A DNA stretch of 64,000 nt from Pirellulales bacterium (GTDB lineage: Bacteria; Planctomycetota; Planctomycetia; Pirellulales; JBBRCE01). The stretch lies in contig JBBRCE010000011.1 in assembly GCA_038205115.1 (NCBI GenBank), positions 260 to 64,259 on the forward strand, written 5' to 3'. Made by a program: the position numbers and the translations under genes. The notes beneath the pieces were generated by a model. That model was given only the letters and a program-made list of their open reading frames with translations. It made no database searches and was not told the DNA's origin. How positions within the stretch are numbered: position 1 is the stretch's first letter; the number at the start of each line of letters is the position of its first letter. This document shows, piece by piece, positions 10,492-20,431 of the stretch.

Positions 10492-11793
10492 TTACTTAGC
10501 CAGATCCGCGCACACCAGTTCTTTGTCGTTGCGGGCAAACACGTGCTTGTTGGCGTAGGCCGGATGCGACCAACAAACTCCGCCCCGCTGGTTCAGTTGC
10601 GCCGTGGTTGGATCGATCAGCTTGGTGCGGCTGATTTCGTGGTAGCCTTCGGGCGATAGCGTGGCGATGATCAGTTCGCCACGTTCATTGAACATAAACA
10701 TTCGCTCGCCATTCCGCACCATGTGGATCGTCGACCACCGCGCCCGCGGCACGGCTTCCTGGCTTTCCCATACGCGCCGGCCGGTCGTCGCATCCAGACA
10801 GCGAAACTGGCCGTAGCTGTCGACGCCGTACACGTTTTTGCCGTCGAAATACGGTGTGCCAATGATCGATTGCAGCGACTTGGTGTTCTGTTCGTCGGGG
10901 CCGACTTCATGCCACAGTATTTCGGCGGTCAACTGTTTGTCGTCCATTTTAGCCATCAGCGAACCATCGTAAAACGAGGTGACAAAGATGCGGTTGTCGT
11001 GAACAATCGGGCTGGCCACGTTAATCACCATCCGCGATGGCTTCATCGCCAATTTCCAGTAGACTTCGCCGTTGGCCGGATTCAGACCGGCAATACTGCC
11101 GCCGGTCCAACAGACAAGCACCGGTTTGCCCGCTTGTTGCACCATGATGGGCGCGGAGTACGAAGCTTTATCATTCAAGGCTTTCCATTTTTCGTCCCCG
11201 CTGACTTTGTCCAGCGCAACGATGCAGGCGCCGCGGCCGCCAATCTGCAAGTAAATCAGATCGCCAACCACCAACGGTGAGGCGGCAATTCCCCAGATGG
11301 GCATCTCGATGGCGTACTCGGCTTTGAGATCTTTTTTCCACAAAACTTTACCGCTGGCAGCGTCAAAACAAAACAAATGTCCCATTGCGCCCAGCGAATA
11401 GGCGCGGCCAGAGTCGATGCTGACGCTGGCGCGCGGGCCTGCCGGGTAGCTAATCGAATATTCGCAGTCGTAGGCGTAGCTCCAGACTTCTTCGCCTGTC
11501 TTCTCGTTAAAGCAATGCACCTGCTCAACTTGTTTGGGCTCCGTCAACTTATCCGTGACATACACGCGGCCATCGGCCACGGTTGGCCCGCTGTAGCCGG
11601 CACCAATTTTTGCGCGCCACTGGATCGGCAGTTTCTTATCGGCAAATTTTTCGACGATGCCGGTCTCCGTCCAAACGCCGTCGCGGTTCGGTCCGCGCCA
11701 TTGCGGCCAATCTTCGGCGTGGGCGGCCGTCGAGACGACGACGATTGCCAGAATCGCCGTTAAAAACATCGCTTGCCGCACTTGCCGAAACAT
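10492..11793 (-). CDS. PQQ-like beta-propeller repeat protein (BamB-like fold), secreted
   Basis: Signal peptide, then 'DWPQWRGPNRDGVW' and repeated 'GxVYxxxxDGxLxAxDxxTGxxxW' PQQ-propeller repeats. Confidence 0.8.
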   Translation of the reverse strand: MFRQVRQAMFLTAILAIVVVSTAAHAEDWPQWRGPNRDGVWTETGIVEKFADKKLPIQWRAKIGAGYSGPTVADGRVYVTDKLTEPKQVEQVHCFNEKTGEEVWSYAYDCEYSISYPAGPRASVSIDSGRAYSLGAMGHLFCFDAASGKVLWKKDLKAEYAIEMPIWGIAASPLVVGDLIYLQIGGRGACIVALDKVSGDEKWKALNDKASYSAPIMVQQAGKPVLVCWTGGSIAGLNPANGEVYWKLAMKPSRMVINVASPIVHDNRIFVTSFYDGSLMAKMDDKQLTAEILWHEVGPDEQNTKSLQSIIGTPYFDGKNVYGVDSYGQFRCLDATTGRRVWESQEAVPRARWSTIHMVRNGERMFMFNERGELIIATLSPEGYHEISRTKLIDPTTAQLNQRGGVCWSHPAYANKHVFARNDKELVCADLAK

Positions 11794-11908
11794 GAAAAAC
11801 TCCGCTGCGGTGATAGGCCCGAAAATGGTGAGTCGCCATTATACGCAATTTGGCCGCGCCGCGGGGAGACCGCAAAAGCCCAACTGGCCGTCGAGCGTAG
11901 GATGCACG

Positions 11909-13396
11909 TTATTTTTCCGTCCGCAGTTTGACCACCACGCGAATGTGTTCATTCTCTGGCCGATCTTGCGCCGCGGGATAGTCGAGCGTAGCCACGCCAT
12001 CGGTCAGTTGGTACGGCGGCGTTTTGCCGGTGAATGGGTCGATGGGAATCGGCGCGATCGTGACTTGGTCGAGCGACGCCGGCAACTTGCTCTGGTTAGC
12101 CGCGGCGTGCAGCCTTAACGCTTCGACCGTGCGGACGATCGCCAAGTCTCGCTGCAGGCGGACTTCCGTCACGCGTACCGGTTGAATGGCCGGCAGCATT
12201 AGCGTGGCCAACGGAATGATTTCGCGATCGCGGGCCGATTTCAGAGTTTGCTCCGCGGCTTGCATGCCTACTTGCGCTTGCCAGAACGGCACGTAATGCC
12301 AGCGAAACATCTCGTCGCGCAAATCTTCGTAGGTCAGCCTGCTGTACAGCAGCATGGCCTTCGGCGGCGGCATGGCGTCGATTGCTTTTTGATCGTAGCC
12401 AAACGTTCTCAATCCCGCTTTCGCCTTGGGATATCCGGACAACATGATCCAGGTTTTGCCCGCCACCATCTTGGCGACATCGCGCCAGTCGTCTTTCTGT
12501 CCGTCGACGGCCAGCAGCGGCGTCAGTCCGTTCCATTTGGCCATATAGGCGGACCACTCGGCTTGCCACTGCGCGTCGCTGCGGTCGGCCTGCTCGACGT
12601 TGCGAAGTTGCGGAAACATGAGTTGGACGAAAGCACTTTCGGTATCCAACGCGGCACGCAGATCCACAAAATGTTCGGGCAGCGCGGAGACCGCCCAATA
12701 AAGGTTCGGAGCGTCGGCCGCTTGTTCCAATTCACGCAGTTGACTGACCATCTCGCCGGAAATGGTGATGCCAACTAGCCCGTTGATGAGCAGCGGCGTT
12801 TCCGCCACATGGCGACCGAGCGTCAGACCGGTCCGCAACGTATCGATCGCTTCGTCGTATTGCTTTTCGGCAATTTGCAGCCGAACTTGCAGCGCCAGAA
12901 GGTGGGCAATGTTGCGCAGCTCCTGCAATTCGGGCAGCAACACGGTGAACGGATTTTGTTCTTCGCGAATCGGCAAGTCCCAGTCACAGGTGGTACGCCT
13001 CGTGCCCATTCGCACTTCATGCAACACGGACCCGGCCTGCTGGAGAATCTCGCGAGTTTCTTTTTTAGGCAACTTTTCCAAGGGCAGCGCTACGAGTTCG
13101 CCAATTCGCCGCTGCATGGCCTTTTCTCCGAGCGCAGAATTGTCCTTGAATAAAATAATCGCTCGCGAATAAAGCGACGCGGCATTGCCGACGTTCTGCT
13201 CCACAAACGAGCACTGCAGCCGATACTTGAGCGCCGGACGCGGTGCCGCAGCAGGCGAAATCGTCATTTGCAGCGTCGTCGGATCGGCCGCGCGGGCGGA
13301 GTTGGACAGCAACCCGCCAACCAGCAATAGCCCGCACACGCCCGTAAATGCAGCCGATCGTCGCGCCACCCAGCGAGTGGGATGTATTGTTTTCAT
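11909..13396 (-). CDS. Hypothetical secreted protein
   Basis: 495-aa ORF with signal peptide (GVCGLLLVGGLLSNSARA). No recognisable domain. Lies downstream of the ECF sigma/anti-sigma pair on the same strand. Confidence 0.6.
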   Translation of the reverse strand: MKTIHPTRWVARRSAAFTGVCGLLLVGGLLSNSARAADPTTLQMTISPAAAPRPALKYRLQCSFVEQNVGNAASLYSRAIILFKDNSALGEKAMQRRIGELVALPLEKLPKKETREILQQAGSVLHEVRMGTRRTTCDWDLPIREEQNPFTVLLPELQELRNIAHLLALQVRLQIAEKQYDEAIDTLRTGLTLGRHVAETPLLINGLVGITISGEMVSQLRELEQAADAPNLYWAVSALPEHFVDLRAALDTESAFVQLMFPQLRNVEQADRSDAQWQAEWSAYMAKWNGLTPLLAVDGQKDDWRDVAKMVAGKTWIMLSGYPKAKAGLRTFGYDQKAIDAMPPPKAMLLYSRLTYEDLRDEMFRWHYVPFWQAQVGMQAAEQTLKSARDREIIPLATLMLPAIQPVRVTEVRLQRDLAIVRTVEALRLHAAANQSKLPASLDQVTIAPIPIDPFTGKTPPYQLTDGVATLDYPAAQDRPENEHIRVVVKLRTEK

Positions 13397-13508
13397 GATC
13401 CGCTGCTCCGAATGTTTTCGAAATTGATATGCAATCCACTGCCTAAAACGAAATGGCCGACTGCCAATTGCCGACGGCGCAGTCTCTGACGATTCAATCT
13501 TCGACGGC

Positions 13509-14018
13509 TCATCCGCCTTCTTGGGCGTTCAGCAACTCACGGTACTGACCAGCCGAATAGATAACCGGCGTGTCGGCGCCGGGAGGATCGCTGCCGGTCA
13601 GCGATTCCAGGCCATCGGCCAGAACACGTCGCCGCAGCGAGAGGTAATTCGATGCGTCCAGCGCCGCGCTGCTCAACTGTCGGGCAAACGCTTGCGGCTC
13701 AATATTGGTCGGCGCTTGCGGTTCAGCGCTCGTGGTCAACGTTGCGGCAATCGGAACTTCCACATAGACGACTCTTGCCGGCTGCGCCGCCGCCGCCCGC
13801 CACTGCCAGACCAGGACTAACGAAATCAACAGCAGCGCCGCGGTGCTCAACGCCCAAGCCCAAGCGAACGCTGCGATCTTTGGCGGCCGCACACGTACGC
13901 TGGCTCGTCCCGCGGCAAACATGATTTGATCTTGATCCATTTCAACAGCTGCCGGCGCGAGCGTCCGCAAACGTGCCGCAAATTCGTCTAACCCATTTGG
14001 CAATGGTGAATCGTTCAT
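13509..14018 (-). CDS. Putative anti-sigma factor (single-pass membrane protein)
   Basis: 4-bp ATGA overlap with the upstream ECF sigma gene. Central TM helix AAFAWAWALSTAALLLISLVLVW. Typical sigma/anti-sigma arrangement. Confidence 0.6.
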   Translation of the reverse strand: MNDSPLPNGLDEFAARLRTLAPAAVEMDQDQIMFAAGRASVRVRPPKIAAFAWAWALSTAALLLISLVLVWQWRAAAAQPARVVYVEVPIAATLTTSAEPQAPTNIEPQAFARQLSSAALDASNYLSLRRRVLADGLESLTGSDPPGADTPVIYSAGQYRELLNAQEGG

Positions 14019-14536
14019 GGCGTGTCCACACCTTTCTTGATACCGATTTGTTCGCGAAGTCGTCGCAGTCCCGACTCATAACGGCGATGCGCGGTGCTGG
14101 CTGGCAGCCCTGTCACGTCCGCCAACTGCGCGAACGTCAATCCGCCCCACAAATGTCCCACAATCACTTCGCGTTCATCCGCGGGCAATTCGGCCAACGC
14201 CGCAGTTGCCGTTTGTGCGTCGATCGCCGCGTCGGCATTTACCGTAAACCATGCTGGTCGCGCACCGGCCACCACACGCTCGTGCTTCAGGCGGCGATCC
14301 GCCGCGCGGGCGTAACTGATTGCACGATTCCGCACCACGCGGTAAATCCAGGCCACCGGACATTGCGGCCAACGCGGTTGTCGGGCGAGTTCCAAAAACG
14401 ATTCCTGCACGACATCTTCCGGCCAGCGACACCAAGTCCGCGCAAACAGCGTGAGTGCGGCCGCGTGCCGCTCCACGAATGGCCGCAGCTGTTCGGGCTT
14501 AATCGATTCGTCGTGATTGTCTGGTGCTTTGTTCAC
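14015..14536 (-). CDS. ECF-family RNA polymerase sigma-70 factor
   Basis: Region 2 'VVQESFLELARQ...WIYRVVRNRAISYAR' and region 4 'EREVIVGHLWGGLTFAQLADVTGLPASTAHRRYESGLRRLRE'. GTG start. Confidence 0.85.
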   Translation of the reverse strand: MNKAPDNHDESIKPEQLRPFVERHAAALTLFARTWCRWPEDVVQESFLELARQPRWPQCPVAWIYRVVRNRAISYARAADRRLKHERVVAGARPAWFTVNADAAIDAQTATAALAELPADEREVIVGHLWGGLTFAQLADVTGLPASTAHRRYESGLRRLREQIGIKKGVDTP

Positions 14537-14697
14537 TGTGAATGAAGACGCCGGCCAGCACGCGGCATCCCAAACATTTTGTTAATCGTTTGACAGCAGT
14601 CTCAGCGCTCGGATATCCGCAACCACATACGGCGCGAATTGTGCATCCAGCGTTGGTCGCTGAAATCCGAGTCGTTGGTAATTTCGAAAGGGCTTAT

Positions 14698-16884
14698 ATG
14701 CGTATCGTTTCAAAAGCAGGGCCAATTGCCGTCATCATAGCATTTGCAGCGGCGCAAATTGCGGTGTCTGCGCCTCCCAGTTCCGGCGGAGGGGGCAGTG
14801 GCGGCTCGGGCCGATCAGGCGGTGGAGGCGGAGCGGCACGGTCGGGAAACACTGGCGGCGCAGCGGCGAAGGCGGGTGCTCCGGCAGCGGCCATGAATCC
14901 GAACAATCGTCCTGCCAGCCCAACGAAGCAGCCTAGCACCGCGAATAATGGTACCAATCCTGCAGCGACCGGTGGAACTGTCAATGGTGCGAATCCCAAT
15001 GTGAATTCCGCGACGAATTCCGGCACGGGATCGTCAAGCGGTGCCAACCGCATCGGCGGCGCGGCTGGCGGAGCAGCACGCACCAACCCCGTCAACAACA
15101 CAGTCGGTAGTGGTTCGAATATGACAATCCCGCCGATCGGCTCCTCGCCGCAAAGCGCGACGAATTCTAACACCACGGGCGGCAACACCACGAACGGCCA
15201 CACCAGCGGCATCGCAGCCGATGCCAAACCCGCGTCGCCCGCTGTGGCCAACCCGGCCGCCGCCACACCTGCGACGTTCAACAGCAACATTCCGGCTGAC
15301 ACCCCGTTGCAGCCATCGTCGACCAATGCCGCCAATGCAAACACACCCATCGACGCACCTGCCAGCAACCGTCTTGGCGGCGCGAGTGGTGCGTCTGCCC
15401 CGATCGCGACGGGCACGCAGCAACCACTGAACGCCAGCGGTACGTCAGCGGGCTCTGCACTCACCACGGACCCCGTGACTGCTGCTAGTTCAAACGGCAA
15501 CACCGCGAACAACGGGGTGATTTCCACCAATGGCAACCAAGTCGGCAGCGGGGCGTCCGTGACTGGCACGAATCGCAACGCTGCCAGCGGGAGCGGCAAC
15601 GGCGCAGCCAACACAAATCTCGCCAATCGTTCTGGCACCGGTGCAGGCGGCTCGGGGACCAACGCAAATGCAATTGGCGGTGGCGCGGCAAACGTCGCCA
15701 TGCCGGCTTATTCTACGCCGGCCAGTAGTCCGGTCGATGCCGCTAGCTCCAACGGAAATACCGCCAACAATGGTGTGTTGTCGAGCAACGCCAATCAGGT
15801 GGGCAGCGGTGCGTCCGTCACCGGCACAAACCGTAATGCCACGAACGGTGGAGGAAATGGCGCTGCGAACACGAACTTTGCGAACAGTTCCGGTAGTGGG
15901 ACGAGTGGCTCAGGCACGAACGCCAACGCGATCGGTGGAGGTGGTACCACGGGCAACAGCGTGTATTCAGTTTCGCCGACAACGGATCCTGTCAGCGCCG
16001 CGAGTTCCAACGGAAATACCGCCAACAACGGTGTTATATCGAATAATGCGAATCAACTTAGCAGTGGCGCGTCGGTCACCGGTACCAATCGGAATGCACT
16101 GAATGGCGGGGGCAACGGCACTTCGAATGTTGATTTTGCTAACACCGTCGGCTCTGGCAGCACGGGATCCGGCACGAATCGCAACGCGTTCAATGGCGGT
16201 GGCAATGGTACGCCGTACAATGCAACGACCGCGAGCGGTTTCTCCGGCTTGAGCGGTGGTTTCTCCAGCAGTGGAATGTACGTCGGCAGCGGATACCTGA
16301 CCAATGGCGGTGTGCAGTCCGGAAGTTATTTTGGCTCAAACGCATTCGGTGGAACCGCTGCGCCCTACTTTGGCACGTATGCGCCGTCGAGTTCGTTGAC
16401 GTTAGGCTTCTACCCCGGTGGATTCACCAGCGGTGGCCTGCTGGGCAGCGATTCCAACTTATCGTCAGCCTCTGTTTCCACGGGGGGTGTAAATGATTCA
16501 GGCGCGGACCGCGTCAACCGCGCGCTGCCCGTGCCCAATGACCCGAACCAAGTGCCGGCCGCCACTTCGAATTCGTCCTCGAAACCTGCCACGATCGGCA
16601 GCGTCGAACCGATTCGTTCGGTATCGCAACCAGCGGCAGCTCAGCCGGCGAGATCGTCACCGAGCGCTTCGGCAGGAGAATCGCCAACAGGTGTCCATGG
16701 TGCCAAGAAATCCGCCGATGCTTCGCCGACGCTGGCCAAGCCAACTCCGGCCGCTCCCGGATCACCCAACGGAAACGGCGCCTCTCTGAGCGATACCTCT
16801 CCTTACCACGCCGAGACCACGGTTGCCGAACCGCAACCAGCCGCTGTCAAGCCGGGAACCGCATTGCCGAGCAAGTCCAAGTAA
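14698..16884 (+). CDS. Secreted low-complexity Asn/Gly/Ser/Thr/Ala-rich protein with 3 tandem ~85-aa repeats and a Pro/Ala-rich C-terminus
   Basis: Start chosen at MRIVSKAGPIAVIIAFAAAQIAVSA (signal peptide), with the ORF open from 14542. The repeat 'DPV(T/S)AASSNGNTANNGV(I/L)S.N.NQ(V/L)(G/S)SGASVTGTNRNA..G.GNG..N..(L/F)AN..G.G..GSGTN.NA' occurs three times. Confidence 0.7.
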   Translation: MRIVSKAGPIAVIIAFAAAQIAVSAPPSSGGGGSGGSGRSGGGGGAARSGNTGGAAAKAGAPAAAMNPNNRPASPTKQPSTANNGTNPAATGGTVNGANPNVNSATNSGTGSSSGANRIGGAAGGAARTNPVNNTVGSGSNMTIPPIGSSPQSATNSNTTGGNTTNGHTSGIAADAKPASPAVANPAAATPATFNSNIPADTPLQPSSTNAANANTPIDAPASNRLGGASGASAPIATGTQQPLNASGTSAGSALTTDPVTAASSNGNTANNGVISTNGNQVGSGASVTGTNRNAASGSGNGAANTNLANRSGTGAGGSGTNANAIGGGAANVAMPAYSTPASSPVDAASSNGNTANNGVLSSNANQVGSGASVTGTNRNATNGGGNGAANTNFANSSGSGTSGSGTNANAIGGGGTTGNSVYSVSPTTDPVSAASSNGNTANNGVISNNANQLSSGASVTGTNRNALNGGGNGTSNVDFANTVGSGSTGSGTNRNAFNGGGNGTPYNATTASGFSGLSGGFSSSGMYVGSGYLTNGGVQSGSYFGSNAFGGTAAPYFGTYAPSSSLTLGFYPGGFTSGGLLGSDSNLSSASVSTGGVNDSGADRVNRALPVPNDPNQVPAATSNSSSKPATIGSVEPIRSVSQPAAAQPARSSPSASAGESPTGVHGAKKSADASPTLAKPTPAAPGSPNGNGASLSDTSPYHAETTVAEPQPAAVKPGTALPSKSK
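15466..16240 (+). repeat. Three tandem ~255-264 bp intragenic repeats encoding the ~85-aa NGNTANNGV repeat
   Basis: Repeat units start near 15466, 15730 and 15985 with high nucleotide similarity (e.g. 'tccaacggaaataccgccaacaa(t/c)ggtgt'). Confidence 0.75.
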
Positions 16885-16973
16885 TTGCGCCGCGCCAGCG
16901 GTACTGCAGTTCAGTTGACGGGCTTGCATATAATGAACGACGGATAGTCCCGAAGTTCATTGCGAGTGTTGAA

Positions 16974-19349
16974 ATGCCAGACAAGCCTAACTCTTCTCCA
17001 TCGCAATCTACCTCGCCGGAAAACTTACTGTCCGTTGTAAAAATGGATCGGCTGCAACCGACCAATTTGCTGCCAGTCTTGCAATCTTACACCAAGACCA
17101 AATCGGCGGCGAAGGAACCGCAGGCGAGCGTGAATGCCGGCGATGAGTTGCGATTTGACATTATCGGCATGCACTGCGCGAGTTGCGTCGGACGCGTCGA
17201 ACAGGCGCTTAGCGGCCAACAGGGCGTGGTTAACGCCCGCGTGAATCTAACGACTCAGCAAGCGGTCGTGACCGTCGAACTTCAAGATCGGTCGCGCTTC
17301 ACTGAGTTGCAAAACCGTTTGGTTGACGCAGTGAGTCGTAGCGGTTACGCAGCAACACCGGTTGAAAACAAATCGATTTCGGCGACCGGCTTTGACGCGA
17401 GGTATCGCCACGAATATCGTCTGTGGTTACGGCGGCTGATCGTTGCCGCGACTTTGCTGATTCCGCTGCTGTTGATCACGTATTTTTTAGGGTGGATGCC
17501 GCCACGGCTGACGTGGTGGCAATTTGCGCTGGCCACGCCCATTCAATTTTATGTCGGCTGGCCGTATTTGGCTGGCGCAGCGAAGCGCTTGCGATATGGC
17601 GGGGCCAACATGGACACGCTGATTGCCATGGGCACCAGCACGGCTTATCTGGCTGGCGTGTCGGCCTTGGCGACCGGGCTGCATACCATGTATTTCATGG
17701 ATTCGGCCATGATTTTGACGTTCATTACGCTGGGCAAATTGCTGGAGGCGCTCGCCAGGGGTCGCGCTTCGCAAGCGATTGGACAATTACTGCAACTGAC
17801 TCCGCCGCAAGCCACGGTTCTTCGCGACGGCCAATCCGTTTTGCTCCCAGTCGACAATGATAGGGTTGGCGACACACTGCTGGTCCGTCCCGGCGACCGC
17901 GTGCCGCTCGATGGGCAGATCGTCAGCGGCAATTCGGCGGTCGATCAGTCGTGGTTGACAGGCGAATCTCTACCGGTTGAAAAACAAGTGGGCGATGAAT
18001 TGTTGGCCGGCGCCATCAACGGCCAAGGCGCGCTGACCGCCCGCGTCACGCGGCTGGCCTCGCTCAGCACGCTCGCACAAGTGGTCGAAATGGTCCGCAG
18101 AGCACAAGAATCCAAAACCGATGTGCAGCGTCTGGCTGATCGAGTCGTGGGCTGGTTCGTGCCGGTGGTGTTGGCAATTGCTGCCATTGCACTGCTCGGC
18201 TGGGGCGCGGCCGGAAAATGGTCGCTGGGCTTGGAATCGGCGGTGTCCGTGTTGGTCGTCGCCTGCCCTTGCGCGCTCGGACTCGCCACTCCTACCGCCA
18301 TTCTGGTTGCCGGCGGAGTTGGCGCAGCGCATGGCATTTTGATCAAGCAAGCGCACGCCTTGGAATTGGCGGGCCGTGTAAACTGCATCGTGCTCGATAA
18401 AACCGGCACCGTCACTTCCGGCCGACCGCAAGTGATTCGCACGCTTTGCGCCGCCGGTGTGTCTGAAGACGACGTGCTGCGAATTGCGGCAACTGCCGAA
18501 TTGCCCAGCCAGCATCCTCTGGGGCGGCCGATCGTCGAGCTCGCGCGGCAACGCGGACTGCATTTTGATGAAACCGACAATTTGCAAAACATCGCCGGCG
18601 GAGGAATCCGGGTGCAGACTGTCGGTGGCGAAATACTCGTCGGCAACGAATCGCTGCTAAAAGAGCTGGCCCGCGCGCCGGAGTTGGTGGCCATCCAACA
18701 GCCGATTCAAGCTGCGCGCGACCTTGGGCAGACGCCACTGCTGGTCGCCCAGGCTGGCAAATTGCTGGGCGCGGTCGTTGTGAGCGATGCGATTTCGCCG
18801 CACAGTGCCGCGGCCGTCAGAGAACTGCGCGACTTGGGGCTCGATGTTTGGTTGGTCTCCGGCGATCACCGCGCCGCGGTGCAGTCCGTGGCGGTACAGG
18901 CCGGCATTCAAAACGTGTTGGCCGAAGTGTTGCCCGCCGATAAGTTGAATAAAATTGCCGAGCTTCGCGCCGGCGGCCAGACGGTGGCCATGGTTGGCGA
19001 CGGCATCAACGACGCGCCCGCTCTGGCCGCCGCCGATCTGGGCGTGGCGATCGGCGGCGGATCGGACATTGCCATCGAATCGGCCGATATCGTGCTCACG
19101 GCGGGCGACTTACGGGCCGTTCCGCAAGTCATACGTCTTGCCCGCGCCACGCTCCGCACCATTCGCCAGAACTTGGCCTGGGCGTTTGTTTACAACTTGA
19201 TCCTTCTGCCGCTGGCGGCGGGACTCTTCGTTCCGCTACTGGACCTCCGCTTGCCACCGGCGGCAGCCGCTGCCGCCATGGCGCTCAGCAGCGTAAGCGT
19301 GGTCATGAACAGCTTGCGGCTACGCGGCTGTCTAAAACACCGCGCCTAA
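16974..19349 (+). CDS. copA: Copper-translocating P1B-type ATPase
   Basis: HMA domain 'GMHCASCVGRVEQAL', CPC motif 'VVACPCALGLATP', phosphorylation site 'DKTGTVT' and 'VGDGINDAPALAAADLGVAIG'. Confidence 0.95.
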   Translation: MPDKPNSSPSQSTSPENLLSVVKMDRLQPTNLLPVLQSYTKTKSAAKEPQASVNAGDELRFDIIGMHCASCVGRVEQALSGQQGVVNARVNLTTQQAVVTVELQDRSRFTELQNRLVDAVSRSGYAATPVENKSISATGFDARYRHEYRLWLRRLIVAATLLIPLLLITYFLGWMPPRLTWWQFALATPIQFYVGWPYLAGAAKRLRYGGANMDTLIAMGTSTAYLAGVSALATGLHTMYFMDSAMILTFITLGKLLEALARGRASQAIGQLLQLTPPQATVLRDGQSVLLPVDNDRVGDTLLVRPGDRVPLDGQIVSGNSAVDQSWLTGESLPVEKQVGDELLAGAINGQGALTARVTRLASLSTLAQVVEMVRRAQESKTDVQRLADRVVGWFVPVVLAIAAIALLGWGAAGKWSLGLESAVSVLVVACPCALGLATPTAILVAGGVGAAHGILIKQAHALELAGRVNCIVLDKTGTVTSGRPQVIRTLCAAGVSEDDVLRIAATAELPSQHPLGRPIVELARQRGLHFDETDNLQNIAGGGIRVQTVGGEILVGNESLLKELARAPELVAIQQPIQAARDLGQTPLLVAQAGKLLGAVVVSDAISPHSAAAVRELRDLGLDVWLVSGDHRAAVQSVAVQAGIQNVLAEVLPADKLNKIAELRAGGQTVAMVGDGINDAPALAAADLGVAIGGGSDIAIESADIVLTAGDLRAVPQVIRLARATLRTIRQNLAWAFVYNLILLPLAAGLFVPLLDLRLPPAAAAAAMALSSVSVVMNSLRLRGCLKHRA

Positions 19350-19967
19350 GCAACGCCACTGACCACGACAATCGGGAATTTCGAATTTGGACCGCTACCC
19401 GAACCGGCCGCGCTTCGCTAACGGTGCAAACCTACGCACCTTCGCGCTGTATAAACCCCGCGATCAATAAAGCGAGAAATATCCAATCGTGCCGGCGATG
19501 TTCGCGTTGCTGCACAGCATGTGGCGACGTTGAACTCGCAACCTCGCTCGCCTGTGCCGCCTTTCGACCGCCCATTTGATCGTTCGCTGGCGGCCGGTGT
19601 TTTTCCAAATTGTCCGAACCGGCTGGCCGACTGCGACAATATGTCGGCATCGGCATGCCAGAAATGTTCAAGTTTGACGGCCTTCCGAACGAGTCTCGGC
19701 GACAATCATCGCAATGCGGAATAGAAAGATCAAACGTGTGACGTGGTCAGGCCCCGGTTGTAATTCCTGCCATTTCAGGCGGCCGCTAGCGTTGGCGAGG
19801 GAGGGTTGGACGGCAGATTTCCGCGTGGCGTTTCACGGCAAAACAATCAGAAGCAGAGCATACTCGGCAGCAATGCGAACCTTTGGCCCTGAACTTGCTC
19901 TAAGGTTTTGCCGCAATCGACCGTGGTGAATCAGACCCAAGTCAGCCGAACAAAACGAGGTGTTCCG

Positions 19968-20411
19968 ATGGCCGCTCAATACGACTCAACTTTGGATTAT
20001 CTGGTTGCCAATCGCCTGGAACGGTCGCACGCCGTTGATTTTGCGCCGGAACCGGACGCCGAATGCGACATGAACACTTGCGTTATCGACGATTGCGACA
20101 CCGCCGATTGCGACACCGCCGATTGCGACACCGCCGATTACGACACCGCCGATTGTGACGAGCCGTCATCGGGCGACTTGCTGCCGTGGGCGGACCCGTA
20201 CATCGCCAAACTCGTCCGCCGGCACGAGCTGCAATGCGCCCAACAGCGGCGCAACCGAGCACCGTACGAAGGCGAACCGACTGTTCAGTTCGCCCCGCGT
20301 AACGAAGCGCCGGTCCCGATGCCCGCGCGTACCAACGTGCCCAAGACCAACTCGCGATACAATCGCCAACCTCGTCCCGCAGCGCCTGCAAAGCCCACGC
20401 ATTCCAAATAA
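19968..20411 (+). CDS. Hypothetical protein with a (DTADC)x5 acidic Cys-containing pentapeptide repeat
   Basis: Start at MAAQYDS with a GAGG RBS (ORF open from 19908). Contains 'DDCDTADCDTADCDTADYDTADCDE'. Basic/Pro-rich C-terminus. Confidence 0.5.
   Translation: MAAQYDSTLDYLVANRLERSHAVDFAPEPDAECDMNTCVIDDCDTADCDTADCDTADYDTADCDEPSSGDLLPWADPYIAKLVRRHELQCAQQRRNRAPYEGEPTVQFAPRNEAPVPMPARTNVPKTNSRYNRQPRPAAPAKPTHSK
20088..20159 (+). repeat. 15-bp tandem repeat (gacaccgccgattgc) x ~4.6, in-frame within the CDS
   Basis: Units at 20097, 20112, 20127 and 20142 carry single-base variants (gc/ac/gt). A partial unit precedes them. Confidence 0.85.
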
Positions 20412-20431
20412 GCTTGGGCTCGGCGGCTAGT

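Noticed and set aside
14537-14697. Attempt to identify an ECF-type promoter (GGAAC-N16-CGTC) in the sigma/repeat-gene divergent region
   Set aside because: Only weak partial matches (e.g. cgtctt adjacent to the GTG start). Not confident enough to annotate.
14694-15701. 335-aa minus-strand ORF, plus 15034..15423, 15795..16028 and 16053..16304
   Set aside because: Antisense to the N/G/S/T-rich repeat gene. Their Pro/Ala-rich translations are the mirror image of its Gly/Ser/Asn codons.
17945-18694. 249-aa and 205-aa minus-strand ORFs inside copA
   Set aside because: copA shows every P-type ATPase signature on the + strand. These are antisense shadow ORFs.
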